Shown here piece after piece: positions 1 to 12,341 of a stretch of 64,000 nt of DNA. The position numbers and the translations under genes are program-made. Source of the stretch: the human T2T-CHM13v2.0 reference genome, Homo sapiens. The DNA lies in NCBI RefSeq assembly GCF_009914755.1, contig NC_060934.1, one strand, 5' to 3'. How positions within the stretch are numbered: the first letter of the stretch is position 1; each line of letters begins with the position of its first letter. The notes under the pieces are model-generated. The model ran no database searches. It worked only from the letters and a program-made list of their open reading frames with translations, and was not told the origin of the DNA.

Positions 1-930
1 ATTCCGCCAGTGGCTGGTGCAGAGAACCAGGACCACCACCTTTGAAAAGACCTAAATCAATACTCCAATGGGATCCTGATGTCAAGTATTTAACGACTTT
101 GCTTTACCTACTACAGTAATTAAAATTAAGTCTTCAAACTTAAATTTAAATTTCTAAAAGCAGGAATGCACTGTCCTTAATCTTAAACACCAAAGGTGGG
201 AGAAAGAGGCCAGAATCCTAGGGTACTAGGCCTACTGGTATAGGGCGATCTCTTCTGCTTTTTTCTTTCCACCCCATTTCTTTTCCCTTTCTCCTTTCGT
301 TTCCCATCTTCTCTCTTCTCGTTCTCTTCGAAGTAACAGTGACAAAATTAAGGTGATTCAATTATTCCAAGAGGCTTGCTCATATAAAATATTTCTCTTC
401 AAGCCCTTTCCTGAAATCCCAAATTAAAGCATTTCCAATAGTCTCTGCTTTAAGTATTCCTAGTTAAGTCTACTTTTGGAAATATTAAATATTCTCACTT
501 TGGCACAATATTCCAAAATTCCTTGAGAAGTTCGCCTACGATCAGTCTTGCTAGTAGAAACCTTTTTTTTTTTTTATTTAAAACGCTCGATTTCCACTTT
601 TTACTAGGTTTCCCAATGTTGGCGATGTCTCCCAATGACTTAATAACGTGTATCCACTTCACCTTTGAAAATCTTAGAGGTCAGTGCATCCACCGGCATC
701 CGGGAATTTATTCTTATTTCTGCTTCTTAAACAGGCTCTGGGGAGGAGCAGTTTCGACGGAGAAGTTCATAGCAGCAGTTATTACGGAACTTGCAACAGT
801 TGGTGCCGGGCGATAGGCAGGTTGGAAGTGATAAATGGGGCTGGCGTAAAAAACAAAAAGCCCCGGGGAGGGCGGGGGCAGCCGTGGCCTTGGGGGACAG
901 TGCGAAGGCGGCGCGGGGCCAGCGGGACTG

Positions 931-938
931 ACTTCCGG
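931..938 (-). promoter_or_regulatory. ETS/GABP motif CCGGAAGT
   Basis: ACTTCCGG on + strand, perfect consensus near the 5' edge of the island. Confidence 0.65.
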
Positions 939-1212
939 CTGTGGGAAGGCGCCGTCCCGGGCGGCCAGAGGCGGCGGCAGCCGCGTAGAAGGACGGCGGG
1001 ATCGCAGCCCGGCGGGCGGCGCGCGGGGCGGGTGAGCGGGCCCAGGCCGCCCCCGGGCCACGCCGGGGCCACGGTGAGGTGAGGCCGGCCCTGCCCCCGC
1101 ACCGCCCCCGGCAGGAGGCGCGACGCCCGGGCCGCGGGTGCGTGCGCGGCCCCGGGCGACGCGGCTGGGCGTGCGCGGGGCCGCGGCGGAGGCTGGGCCG
1201 GGCGGGCGGCAG

Positions 1213-1221
1213 AAGATGGCG
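1213..1221 (+). promoter_or_regulatory. YY1-type motif AAGATGGCG overlapping the strong Kozak ATG
   Basis: AAGATGGCG; A at -3 and G at +4 of ATG 1216. Confidence 0.6.
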
Positions 1222-1312
1222 AGGGTGTGTAGGCGGCAGCAATGCTCCGTTGAGAGACGCGGCTTTCGGCAAGAACTGGATTCGTGGCGCCACAAGCTCA
1301 TTCACTGTGTAG
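1216..1312 (+). CDS. LCOR: Exon 1a coding segment [38 protein letters not shown]-homologous N-terminus (uORF or N-terminal extension depending on splicing)
   Basis: Strong Kozak; 97 nt = 32 codons + 1; donor TAG|GTGAGA at 1313; paralog homology from memory. Confidence 0.8.
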
Positions 1313-1954
1313 GTGAGACCCTCCGCCGACCGCCGCCGCCCCTCCGGCCGCCCCGCCGCCGGTCGCCCCAGACCAGGGAGGAAGCTGGGGAAGTGGCAAT
1401 TGCTGCTCCGGCCCGCCCGCCCTCTTTGGCTCGAGCGTCCCCCCTTCCCCCACCCCCCGGAGTGTGAGCGCGCGCGACCTCCAGGCGGGCTCCCCTGCTC
1501 GGCCGAGCGCGCGCCGGCCCCTCCCCTCCGCGCGCCTCCCCGGGGCTGGCTCTCGGCGGGAGCGCGGGTTCCTCCCCCTCCCGCTCTCCATCCCCGCCTG
1601 CTCGCTCCCCTCCCTCCCCGCTCCCGCCCCTGCTCCCGCTCCAGGCCCGGCGCCCCGGCGCCGCCGCCGGCTTATTGTGGCGACTCGCCTCGCGGCGCTG
1701 CCGCTGTACTGGGGGAGGCGCGAGGGGCGCGGGCGTGCTCGGCCCCCACCCGCGCTGTGGCCGCCGCCGTCCTCCTCCTGCGCCACCCCTCCCCCACGCG
1801 CGGGGCGCGCCCCCGGGTCTGCGTGCACGCGCGGCGGGCTGCAGGCGGGCGCCCGGCGCTCGGGCGTGTGCGAAGCGTGAGGTGGAGATGGGGGCGGAGG
1901 GAGCTGGAGCTGTCACAGTCCCCGGGTGCGCCTGACCGAGCCAAGTGGGGTGTC

Positions 1955-2031
1955 ATGGCCGCGGGGGGCAGCGGCTGCACTTCCTCAGCGGGCGGCGGTG
2001 GCCGGGGAGTTAATCCTCGACGCACGGGTCG
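1955..2031 (+). CDS. LCOR: Alternative first exon 1b coding segment MAAGGSGCTSSAGGGGRGVNPRRTG-R
   Basis: GTCATGG Kozak; 77 nt = 25 codons + 2; donor TCG|GTGTGT at 2032; phase matches the only open frame of exon 2. Confidence 0.55.
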
Positions 2032-2318
2032 GTGTGTGCGTATTTGTGTTCGGTGTCGTGCTGCGGGAGGAGGGGGTGGGACCGGGTCCGACCGAGGAGC
2101 CCCGGCGGGGGTCGCTCTCGTCCCCTCCCGGGGATTGGCCGGAGCCGCAGCCTCGCCCGAATGCCCCGTCCGCCCCCCGCCTCCCGGACCTTGGGCCGCC
2201 CTCGGGTGGCTTTTTCCCTGCGGGCCGGAGGGAGCGCGGACGGGGGCGCCCCGGGAGGGGCCGGGCGGCCGAGCTGCGCCTCTCACACTGTGTGTTTTGT
2301 CTGTTTTTCTCTCCCAAG

Positions 2319-2392
2319 GTCCCGTTTCCCTCTGTGCGGCGGCCGGCGGGACCATAAGGGCTTAACTCATATATTTAACCCCCCTCCAAAAA
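2319..2392 (+). other. LCOR: Exon 2 (74 nt), frame-switching exon
   Basis: Pyrimidine tract ctgtttttctctcccaag|G and donor AAA|GTAAGT at 2393; stops at 2355-2357 and 2363-2365 in two frames; third frame open (SRFPLCGGRRDHKGLTHIFNPPPK). Confidence 0.88.
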
Positions 2393-3760
2393 GTAAGTGG
2401 CCCGTGTGGTGTCTCCGCTCCGCCCGCCGCCCCCTAGCCCCAGTCCATCCTTGTGTCTGACTCTCCTGTCCTCCAGCATTGTTACTTCCCCGTCTTTGCT
2501 TCGGTGCTGCTGGTGTGTGGGGAGATGCCCTCTCGTCGTCCGCTGTCCCCCACGCCCAGTCCTCGGGGAGGCCCAGAATTCCAGCCCCTTCTCCCCCAGG
2601 GGAATATTCTTGGGAACCAGGTCTTTCCCGGCAGAATCTAGGAGAGTCTATCCGTTCGCTTGGGCCCCTCATTCCCTCCTTCCCGACAGGGTTTCGTTGG
2701 AAGGAATTATGCAAATCCTGCTTTCTGGTGTCCATTCAGCGGCAATTTCATGCGGTGAGAAGTTCTCTTTGTTGTGCGAGGGGGAGAACAGACACTGATT
2801 TAATAGACATATCTGTTGGGGGGAAGGGTGGAGGGGGTGTGGAGAGGCTCAGTTTGGAAGAATTACAGCACTTGGTTAGCTCAGTGTCTTTGTGTTTGAG
2901 CCTTCTGGCTTGACAGGAGGGTCTGCCCTTTACAATGTCCCACAAGGGATGTTTTCGATAATAGATTAAAAAGCAAAATTGAAACTTTAAACAAGTGAAA
3001 AATCAGGTAACCTTTACTTAAAGAATATACGCCTTTCCATTTCTACAGGGTTTCATTACGAAAATGTATAGCGTGAGTTTCGTTAAGGATTTAGACTGTA
3101 ACACCGAAATTAATATAGGCAACAATGCTTTAAGGTATCTGATACCAGTTTGGTTGTCCAAAGGTTAAAAGTGCATTTTCAAACATATGCTTGTGCAAAT
3201 AATAAAGGCATGAGTCAGTTTTTTGGTATAATTCGTCTCATGAATATATTTTAAAATTCCCCTCCTGCCAATCCAAGACCAGTGCTGCCCTCCAGGAAAC
3301 AAACAGCCTTTTGCCTATCAGTTATCCTGTACTCTGCTCTATCTCTGCTTGTTTTATTCTTTCAAAGTATTATTATGCATGTACTAAAATGTTACGTCGG
3401 TTTAAGTACTTTTTGAATTACTTGGTATTTCGGACTATCATAGAAGAGAGCATATAGCAGGTTTTGAGAAGCATGAAATTAATGCGTTTTCAGAATTGTG
3501 GGTTAGTATCAAATGCTGGAATTGTTTTGAAGAATTTTTAGTTCTTGTATGTTTTACATTTGTTAGTGATTGGTTTTTTCAGCAGGGCTTTTTAGTCTTT
3601 GAAAGATTTTTAAATTTATAATGTAGTCCTGTCCTGTAGATTTTCTGAGTTCCATGTTGCTTTAATTTAGATGGTTTTAATTAGTGTATCTTATTCTAAT
3701 TCTCTTTGCATTTAATCCTGGGCTCCTGCCTCAGGACCCCATTTTTTCAGTCATTGCTAG

Positions 3761-4128
<368 letters not shown>

Positions 4129-5381
4129 TAAAATTATGACTGATAAATTATTTCTGTAAATATCTGAATGGAATATCAACATTTTGATTCATTTTTTGAA
4201 GGCAAATTTTAATCTGGTGATCAAATTTCTTAAAGCATACTTTTAACTCCAAATTTCCACTTTAAAGATAGTAAAGTTCAGAAGATTATAGAGTCCAGAG
4301 TGCAGAGCAATATTTTAATCTGAGCAGTAACATATATTCATAGTCTCTCAACTAAAATCAGTGGGGCCTCATATTTTCTCTTTTATTATATGTAATTTTG
4401 TTTTTTAAGAGGAGAGTTCTAAGTAAATTAATTGTAGTGTTAAGAACTTTCTATATTTAAAAGGACTGGCAGTGATCCTTAGGCAATTCAAAAGGTAACT
4501 TGTTTACTTCCAGATGTAATAATTTTTTAGTGGGATTGGTTCTAAACGGTCAACCTGTTTGTTTCTCTTGACTGATTATCTTAATACTTTAGGGTCATTT
4601 GGTTTCTGGAAGGTATTTAATTTACAGCAGTTTGGATTAAAAATTAATTCTCATTTCTAAAATCGAATTCTCCCTTCTATTAGTACTTTTTTGGAGGGTG
4701 TGGGGGCAGGTGGTGGTGGTGATGTTGCTGATTAAATGATTAGGTTCAGTTGAATTGGAGTTAGTCCTGGGTTCAGACAGTGATTATGATCAAGATGGAT
4801 GATATTTGGTTACCAGGTGATTATTAAGGAGTCCTCTGAGACTAGGATGATCAGTTTAGATTCCAGGAAGATCTAGGCTCTCTCTGCGCCTGATATGATG
4901 TAACCTTTTGCTTTCCTGCACCTTGCCCTTGCTGTATTTTCAAGAAGCTCTTCCTAATGTGGGGAAAGTTGTGGTGATTTCAGCTTAGCTCTAGCTTGGC
5001 TAAAAATAGGACAGCAGATGAGTCTCTTTGACTTTCAGAAAGTTATTTCAGATTGCCCTAATTTCCTGAAATGTTCTTGTAGCTGGAGCAATTCTAGGAA
5101 GTATTTGAACAATGCCATTTTTTAGTCTTATGGTGCTACACAGGGGGGCCTGGAATTTCTTACATAGTGAGAATTGGTTATTTGATGCCACTTTTATTTT
5201 TATTTAGAGTTTTTTTTAGAGACAGGGTTTGGCTATGTTGTCCAGGCTGGTCTCAAACTCCTCCTGTCTCAGCCTCCCAAAGTCACTTGCCTGATAGAAC
5301 TTGCCACTTCAGAGTACCTGCCTGATCATTTAGCTGTTTGTATTGATGCTGTTTTTAGGATGAAGGGCAGTTAGGTGTTTA

Positions 5382-5800
5382 CTTCATTTAAACAAGCATC
5401 TGTTTTTTACCAGGCACTGTGGGCAAACAAAGTCTGGGAAAGTTGCCTCAACCTTCAGGAACTTTTAAACCTTAGAGAAAATGTAATGTAATCGATCAGT
5501 TATTGTACAAGGCATAGTGTGTCATATGATGGTGCAAGCAAATGCTAGGGGTGTTTAGAAGTGAAATCTCTCCCGAGTTGATGGACGATTTCGTGAAGAA
5601 GGTGGTGGATTTTTGCTTCGTTCTGATGGAAAAGGCATTCCATTCATGAGAAATGGCATGAGCAAAAGTGGAGAAGGACAGCAATGACTTGTCAATTTAA
5701 ACTGCAGTTCATGATTAGTGTAAGGGATATACACATGATAGGTTTGCAAAGGTAGGTTGTAGGATTTTCTAATGCAGGTTAGAAAGTGGAGACTTTTTGT
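5382..5800 (-). mobile_element. L2 fragment
   Basis: Degenerate antisense L2 3' end (ttcatttaaacaagcat...caggcactgtg). Confidence 0.5.
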
Positions 5801-5906
5801 TAGGCAACTTGCAGTTTGCAACACGTTTCTTTCCTTAGCTCAGGGGAGGAATGGTAGCTTTAGTTAAGGATTTCATTGTGGAACTCTACAAAAATGACAC
5901 AGATTC

Positions 5907-6466
5907 TTTTTTTTTTTTTTTGAGACGGAGTCTCGCTCTGTCGCCTAGGCTGGAGTGCAGTGGCACCATTTCAGCTCACTGCAAGTTCCGCCTCCTGGGT
6001 TCAAGCCATTCTCCTGCCTCAGCCTCCGAGTAGCTGGGACTACAGGTGCCCGCCACCACGCTCGGCTAATTTTTTGTCTTTTTAGTAGAGACGGGGTTTC
6101 ACCGTGTTAGCCAGGATGGTCTTGATCTGCTGACCTCGTGATCTGCCCGCCTTGGCCTCCCAAAGTGCTGGGATTACAGGCATGAGCCACTGCGTCCCTC
6201 TATGTATGCCCAGGCTGGAGTGCAGTGGCGTGATCTTGGCTCACTGCAACCTCCACCTCCCAGGTTTAAGAAATTCTGTGCCTCAGCCTCCCAAATAGCT
6301 GGGATTACAGGCTCGTGCCACCACGCCCAGCTAATTTTTTTGTATTTTTAGTAGAGATGAGGGTTCAGCATCTTGGCCAGGCTGGTCTTGAACTCCTGAC
6401 CTCGTGATCCACCACCTCGGCCTCCCAAAGTGCTGGGATTACAGGCGTGAGCCACCGTGCCCGGCC
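5907..6466 (-). mobile_element. Tandem Alu pair (AluY-like plus AluS)
   Basis: Two antisense bodies; flanking direct repeat ACAGATTCTTTT at 5899 and 6468. Confidence 0.92.
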
Positions 6467-7089
6467 GACAGATTCTTTTTTAAACCACCTTTACAGGGAC
6501 AATATTATCATCCACAAGAGTATTATCTTCTAAGCAAGCTCATTTGGAGGTTATGCCTTCCATTGCTGTTACAGACCTATTTTTGGAATACCTTTAGGAT
6601 TGACAGATTATCATCCTTGGAAGTTGGAGTTGGTATTTGGAAAGAGTCAAAAAGTATTTGCTGTGAAATGTGGCAATTAAAGGTATATGTTAAATAATGG
6701 GATTGGCTTTCTTCCCTGGCTTGCAGTCTAGCTCGGAAAGCTCAGTAGAGGGGCTTGATTTGTTTCGATGTGCCTCTGAACCTCTCTCTTAATTCATATT
6801 TCCCGTAAGTCTGTCCATCTGTTGTGTGGAATCTCAGTTTGTGATATTGGATAGATGCAAATAAGCAAAGCTGTTACTTTTCATAGTTTCAAATGAAAAA
6901 CTCAACATCACTACTGTATAAATTATTTTCTAGTCTATCTGTGTTTATTTTTAAATTCCTTTTACTATTCTATACACTTGCACATTGCTCTGGGGGTAAA
7001 AATCCAATATAAACCATTAGCTCATTTTATTGACCATTCTTGTATTCAGCAAGTATCCCAAGTACAGTGGTCCATACCTTGAATTTTTT

Positions 7090-8200
7090 TTCACTTTTTA
7101 AGTGAGATATAATTTACATACCATAACAACTTAGTGGGTTTCAGTTATTTCAAATACAAGGTTGTACATATATCATCACTGTCTAATTCCAGAACATTTT
7201 ATTTTTATTTTTTCTCAGCAGTGGGGTCCTGCCATGTTGCCCAGGCTGGTCTTGAACTCCTGGGCTCAAGTGATCCTCCTGCCTCAGTCTCCCAAAGTCC
7301 TGGGATTACAGGTGTGCGCCACCACACCCACCCTCAAAACATTTTTATTTCCTAAAAAAGAAACCCCACATCCATAGGCAGTTCCACATTCCGTTCTTCC
7401 TATGATCCAGCTCTTGGCAGCTACTATAATTTGTTTTCTGTTTCTGTGGATTTGTCTATTCTGGACATAGCATGTAATTGGAGTCATACAATATATGGCT
7501 TTTTGTGCCTGGCTTCTTTCACTTAGCATAATGTTTTTAAGATTCATTCATGTTGTAGCATTATCAGCACTTTGTTTCTTTTATGGCTAAATAACACTGC
7601 ATTGTGTGGACATACCACATTTTGTTTATCCGTTAATCAGTTGATGGATATTTGGGTTGTTTCCACTTCGGGGCTATTATGGATGATGCTTCTCTGAATA
7701 TTTGTGTACAAGTTTTTGTGTGGACATTTGTTTTTAGTTCACTTGAGTATGTACCTAGGATGGAATTACTGGGTCATGTGGTAACTGTTTTAATTTCGTA
7801 GGAACTGCCAAATTGTTTCCTAAAGTGGCTACGGTATTTTACATTCCCATCAGTACTGTATGACAGTTCCGTTTATCCACATCCACTCCAACACTTGTTG
7901 TTATCTGTTTTGATTATATAATAGCTATTTTAGTGGGTATGAAGTCGTATTTCAAAAAAACAAGAAATAAATACAAAAAAATAAGACAAGTTATATTTCA
8001 TTGTGGTTTTGATTTGCATTTTCCTAACAGTGTGTTAAGCATCTTTTCATGTGCTTGTTGGCCATTTGCATACCTTTGGAGATACATTTATTCAGATCCC
8101 TTGCCCATTTTTAAAATTGGGTTATTATTTATTGTTGAATTGTAAGAATTGTGTATATATTCTGGATATACTTACAGTGTATGCTTTGCAGATATTTTTT
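7090..8200 (-). mobile_element. L1MB-type 3' end, interrupted by an Alu monomer (7200-7333)
   Basis: Antisense ORF MNLKNIMLSERSQAQKAIYCM typical of old L1 3' ends. Confidence 0.85.
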
Positions 8201-8577
8201 CTCATACTCCCCATTTAAGAACAAATACAGATCAATACATGACCAGATACACTGTAACAAAAGCTAAACTGCAGGATACCTTATGAAGAGAATAAGGAGC
8301 GTAGTAATAGAACGAAATAGAATTCTCAAGAAAAGCCAGGTGCGGTGTCTCACACCTGTAATCCCAGTACTATGGGATTACAACTCCATTTGCAAGAGTT
8401 TGGATAGAGAAGGACACCTTTGCTCTATATTGCCCTGTCACAAATGTTTTGAATGAATCTGTTCCATTTCTGAGTTTAGTGAGAATTTGGGTAGTGAGAG
8501 GAATCTCACTAGCAGTATTTTTGAAATTTAAGATTACATTTTTTTTGTTTGCATTTTATAAAAACCCAGACATCTGA

Positions 8578-8890
<313 letters not shown>

Positions 8891-9771
8891 TTTATATTTT
8901 GTTTCCTGGTGCTAAGTTAAATATACTGTTTTTAAAGTGTTTGTTTGAATTTCGTTGATTCTTGGTTTCTCTGATTTTTGAATTGGTTAGGTTTGGTCTG
9001 TTACAAAGTGTCAGGTATAATGATGTCTTAAGGATGAAACTAAGTATCTTATGGGGTAGATGGCCGAATTTAAGAATCTTTTGCTTAATGGATTGTGAGG
9101 GTCAAGTTAGGAAAGCTGTGTAGTAATGAGTGGCATCTTCTAATGATTTTTGGTCTTCTTTTTATTCCTTTGTTTCATGTTTTAATCTACTTTTTGATAA
9201 AGAGAGTTGTAGATTCTTTTAGCATATCACTTAATCATTTTTCTGAATTCATTATTGTGCAAGCCAGTGAATTTTACATAGTAAAAACTAGTATTTGTTG
9301 TATCTTTACTATAATGAAGTTCTTATAATTGAGGGTAATAGAAGGATCCTGTCATGTGTAATGTGCATTTGTTAGTATAAGAGCAGGATACGTCAGGGTT
9401 TGCTAAAAGAAAAAAATGATGGCTGTAACTAGGGTTTAGACTAACGTTTCAAATTTGGTATTGGGAGACTAGAAATTAATATGCTTCAGACATGTCTATT
9501 TTAAAATTTCCTCTCTATATATTTTTTAAAATTTAGATTAAAGAAAAATAGAGATGGGGTCTGGGATTACAGGCATGAGCCACTGCTCCTGGTCTAGACC
9601 TGTCTAAAGGGACTTTTCTTTAGACTTTAAATGTTTTCTAGAGCTTAAAGACAAAAAATAAATTTTACTCAGTTGTGCCTTACAATTGTATTAAAAACTA
9701 TTATAACAATACCATTTGAAGTAAAGCAGCGTTTGTTATAACTTCTGAATCATTGAAAATTAGTCCATCAC

Positions 9772-10063
9772 AGGCCAGGTGGCTCACGCCTGTAATTCCA
9801 GCACACTGGAAGGCTGAGGCAGGCAAGTCGCTTGAGCCCAGGAGTTGGAGACAAGCCTGGGCAACATGGTGAAACCTTGTCTCCACACAAAATACAAAAA
9901 TTAGCTTTAGCTGTGTGTGGTTTTGTGTACCTGTAGTCCCAGCTACTCGGAAGGCTGAGGTGGGAGGATCGCTTGAGCCCAGGAGGTCGAGGATGCAGTG
10001 AGTCATGATTGCATCACTGTACTCTAGCCTGAGGGACAGAGTGAGACCCTGTCTCAGGAAAAA
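9772..10063 (+). mobile_element. AluJ
   Basis: GGCCAGGTGGCTCACGCC...A tail. Confidence 0.93.
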
Positions 10064-10263
10064 AGAGAAGTTCATCACAGTTGTTTACAGAGGTGAAGGG
10101 GATTACTTAGAAACATATAGTTGTCTCACAAGAATTTTTTAAATGTGCAGTAATCTAGATGAATAATTAACTCTTTAAAATAACAGAAAGCAGAAAGTAT
10201 CAGAAAATGTATTAATGGTATCACCATCTTATATATCTGCATGACACATTTAATACTTTCTAG

Positions 10264-10833
<570 letters not shown>

Positions 10834-11026
10834 TAATACTAGATAGTCTGTGACTGTTGTTTTTGATCTCATGATTAGCTTATTTTTCATAAAATCTGAA
10901 TCATTTTATCATTATCAAAAAATGATTATTGTGTATAGTTCTCTTAGTACGTGATTTTTTAGAGTTTTGCAGAAGGTAAAAGCATGCTTTACCTTTCCTA
11001 AACTCACAGTATAAAGGGAAAGAGAG

Positions 11027-11330
11027 GCCAGGCACAGTGGCTCATGCCTGTAATCCCAGCACTTTGGGAGGCCGAGGCGGGTGGATCACGAGGTCAAGAG
11101 ATCGAGACCGTCCTGGCCAACATGGTGAAACCCCCATCTTTACTAAAAATACAAAAATTAGCCGGGTGTGGTGGCATGCACCTGTAGCCCCAGCTGCTTG
11201 GGAGGCTGAGGCAGGAGAATCGCTTGAACCCGGGAGGTGGAGTTGCAGTGAGCCGAGATTGCGCCTCTGCACTCCAGCCTGGTGACAGATCAAGGCTCAA
11301 TCTCAAAATACATACATACATACATAAATA
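11027..11330 (+). mobile_element. AluSc-like with (TACA)n tail
   Basis: Alu consensus; TSD GGAAAGAGA. Confidence 0.93.
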
Positions 11331-11516
11331 GGAAAGAGAAACTAAAGGGATCTATAGAATGTATCCTACTTGATAAAAGAAAATTCCACATGTGAAAATG
11401 TGAATTTACCACAAAGACATCTGTTTCACTTTACAACATAATTCATATCTGATTTAATATAGTAACAGGCTCCTCTGGTACGTTTAGAATGATCAGTTGA
11501 TACAAAAATTTTCTAA

Positions 11517-12341
<825 letters not shown>

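Larger units (their letters stand above)
850..2600. promoter_or_regulatory. LCOR: CpG island promoter spanning the first exons
   Basis: Very high GC and dense CpGs, many GC boxes (GGGCGG/CCGCCC), against a CpG-depleted AT-rich background. Confidence 0.95.

Noticed and set aside
1216-1312. Calling the gene LCORL
   Set aside because: No MDKGRERM/poly-Ala leader and several residues differ from recalled LCORL; fits the paralog LCOR
1216-1467. Unspliced read-through ORF from ATG 1216
   Set aside because: Paralog similarity stops exactly at the 1313 donor and the rest is low-complexity intron
2025-2033. Alternative exon 1b donor CGG|GTCGGT at 2028 (phase 1)
   Set aside because: Poorer consensus than the 2032 donor; cannot be supported without reads
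2368-2378. TATA-like CATATATTTAA inside exon 2
   Set aside because: Imperfect consensus, and equally explained as codons H-I-F-N of the open frame
523-2945. Many overlapping long ORFs on both strands (up to 350 aa)
   Set aside because: Pro/Arg/Gly/Ala-rich products of stop-codon scarcity in a CpG island, mostly with non-ATG starts; only the spliced segments 1216-1312, 1955-2031 and 2319-2392 have independent support
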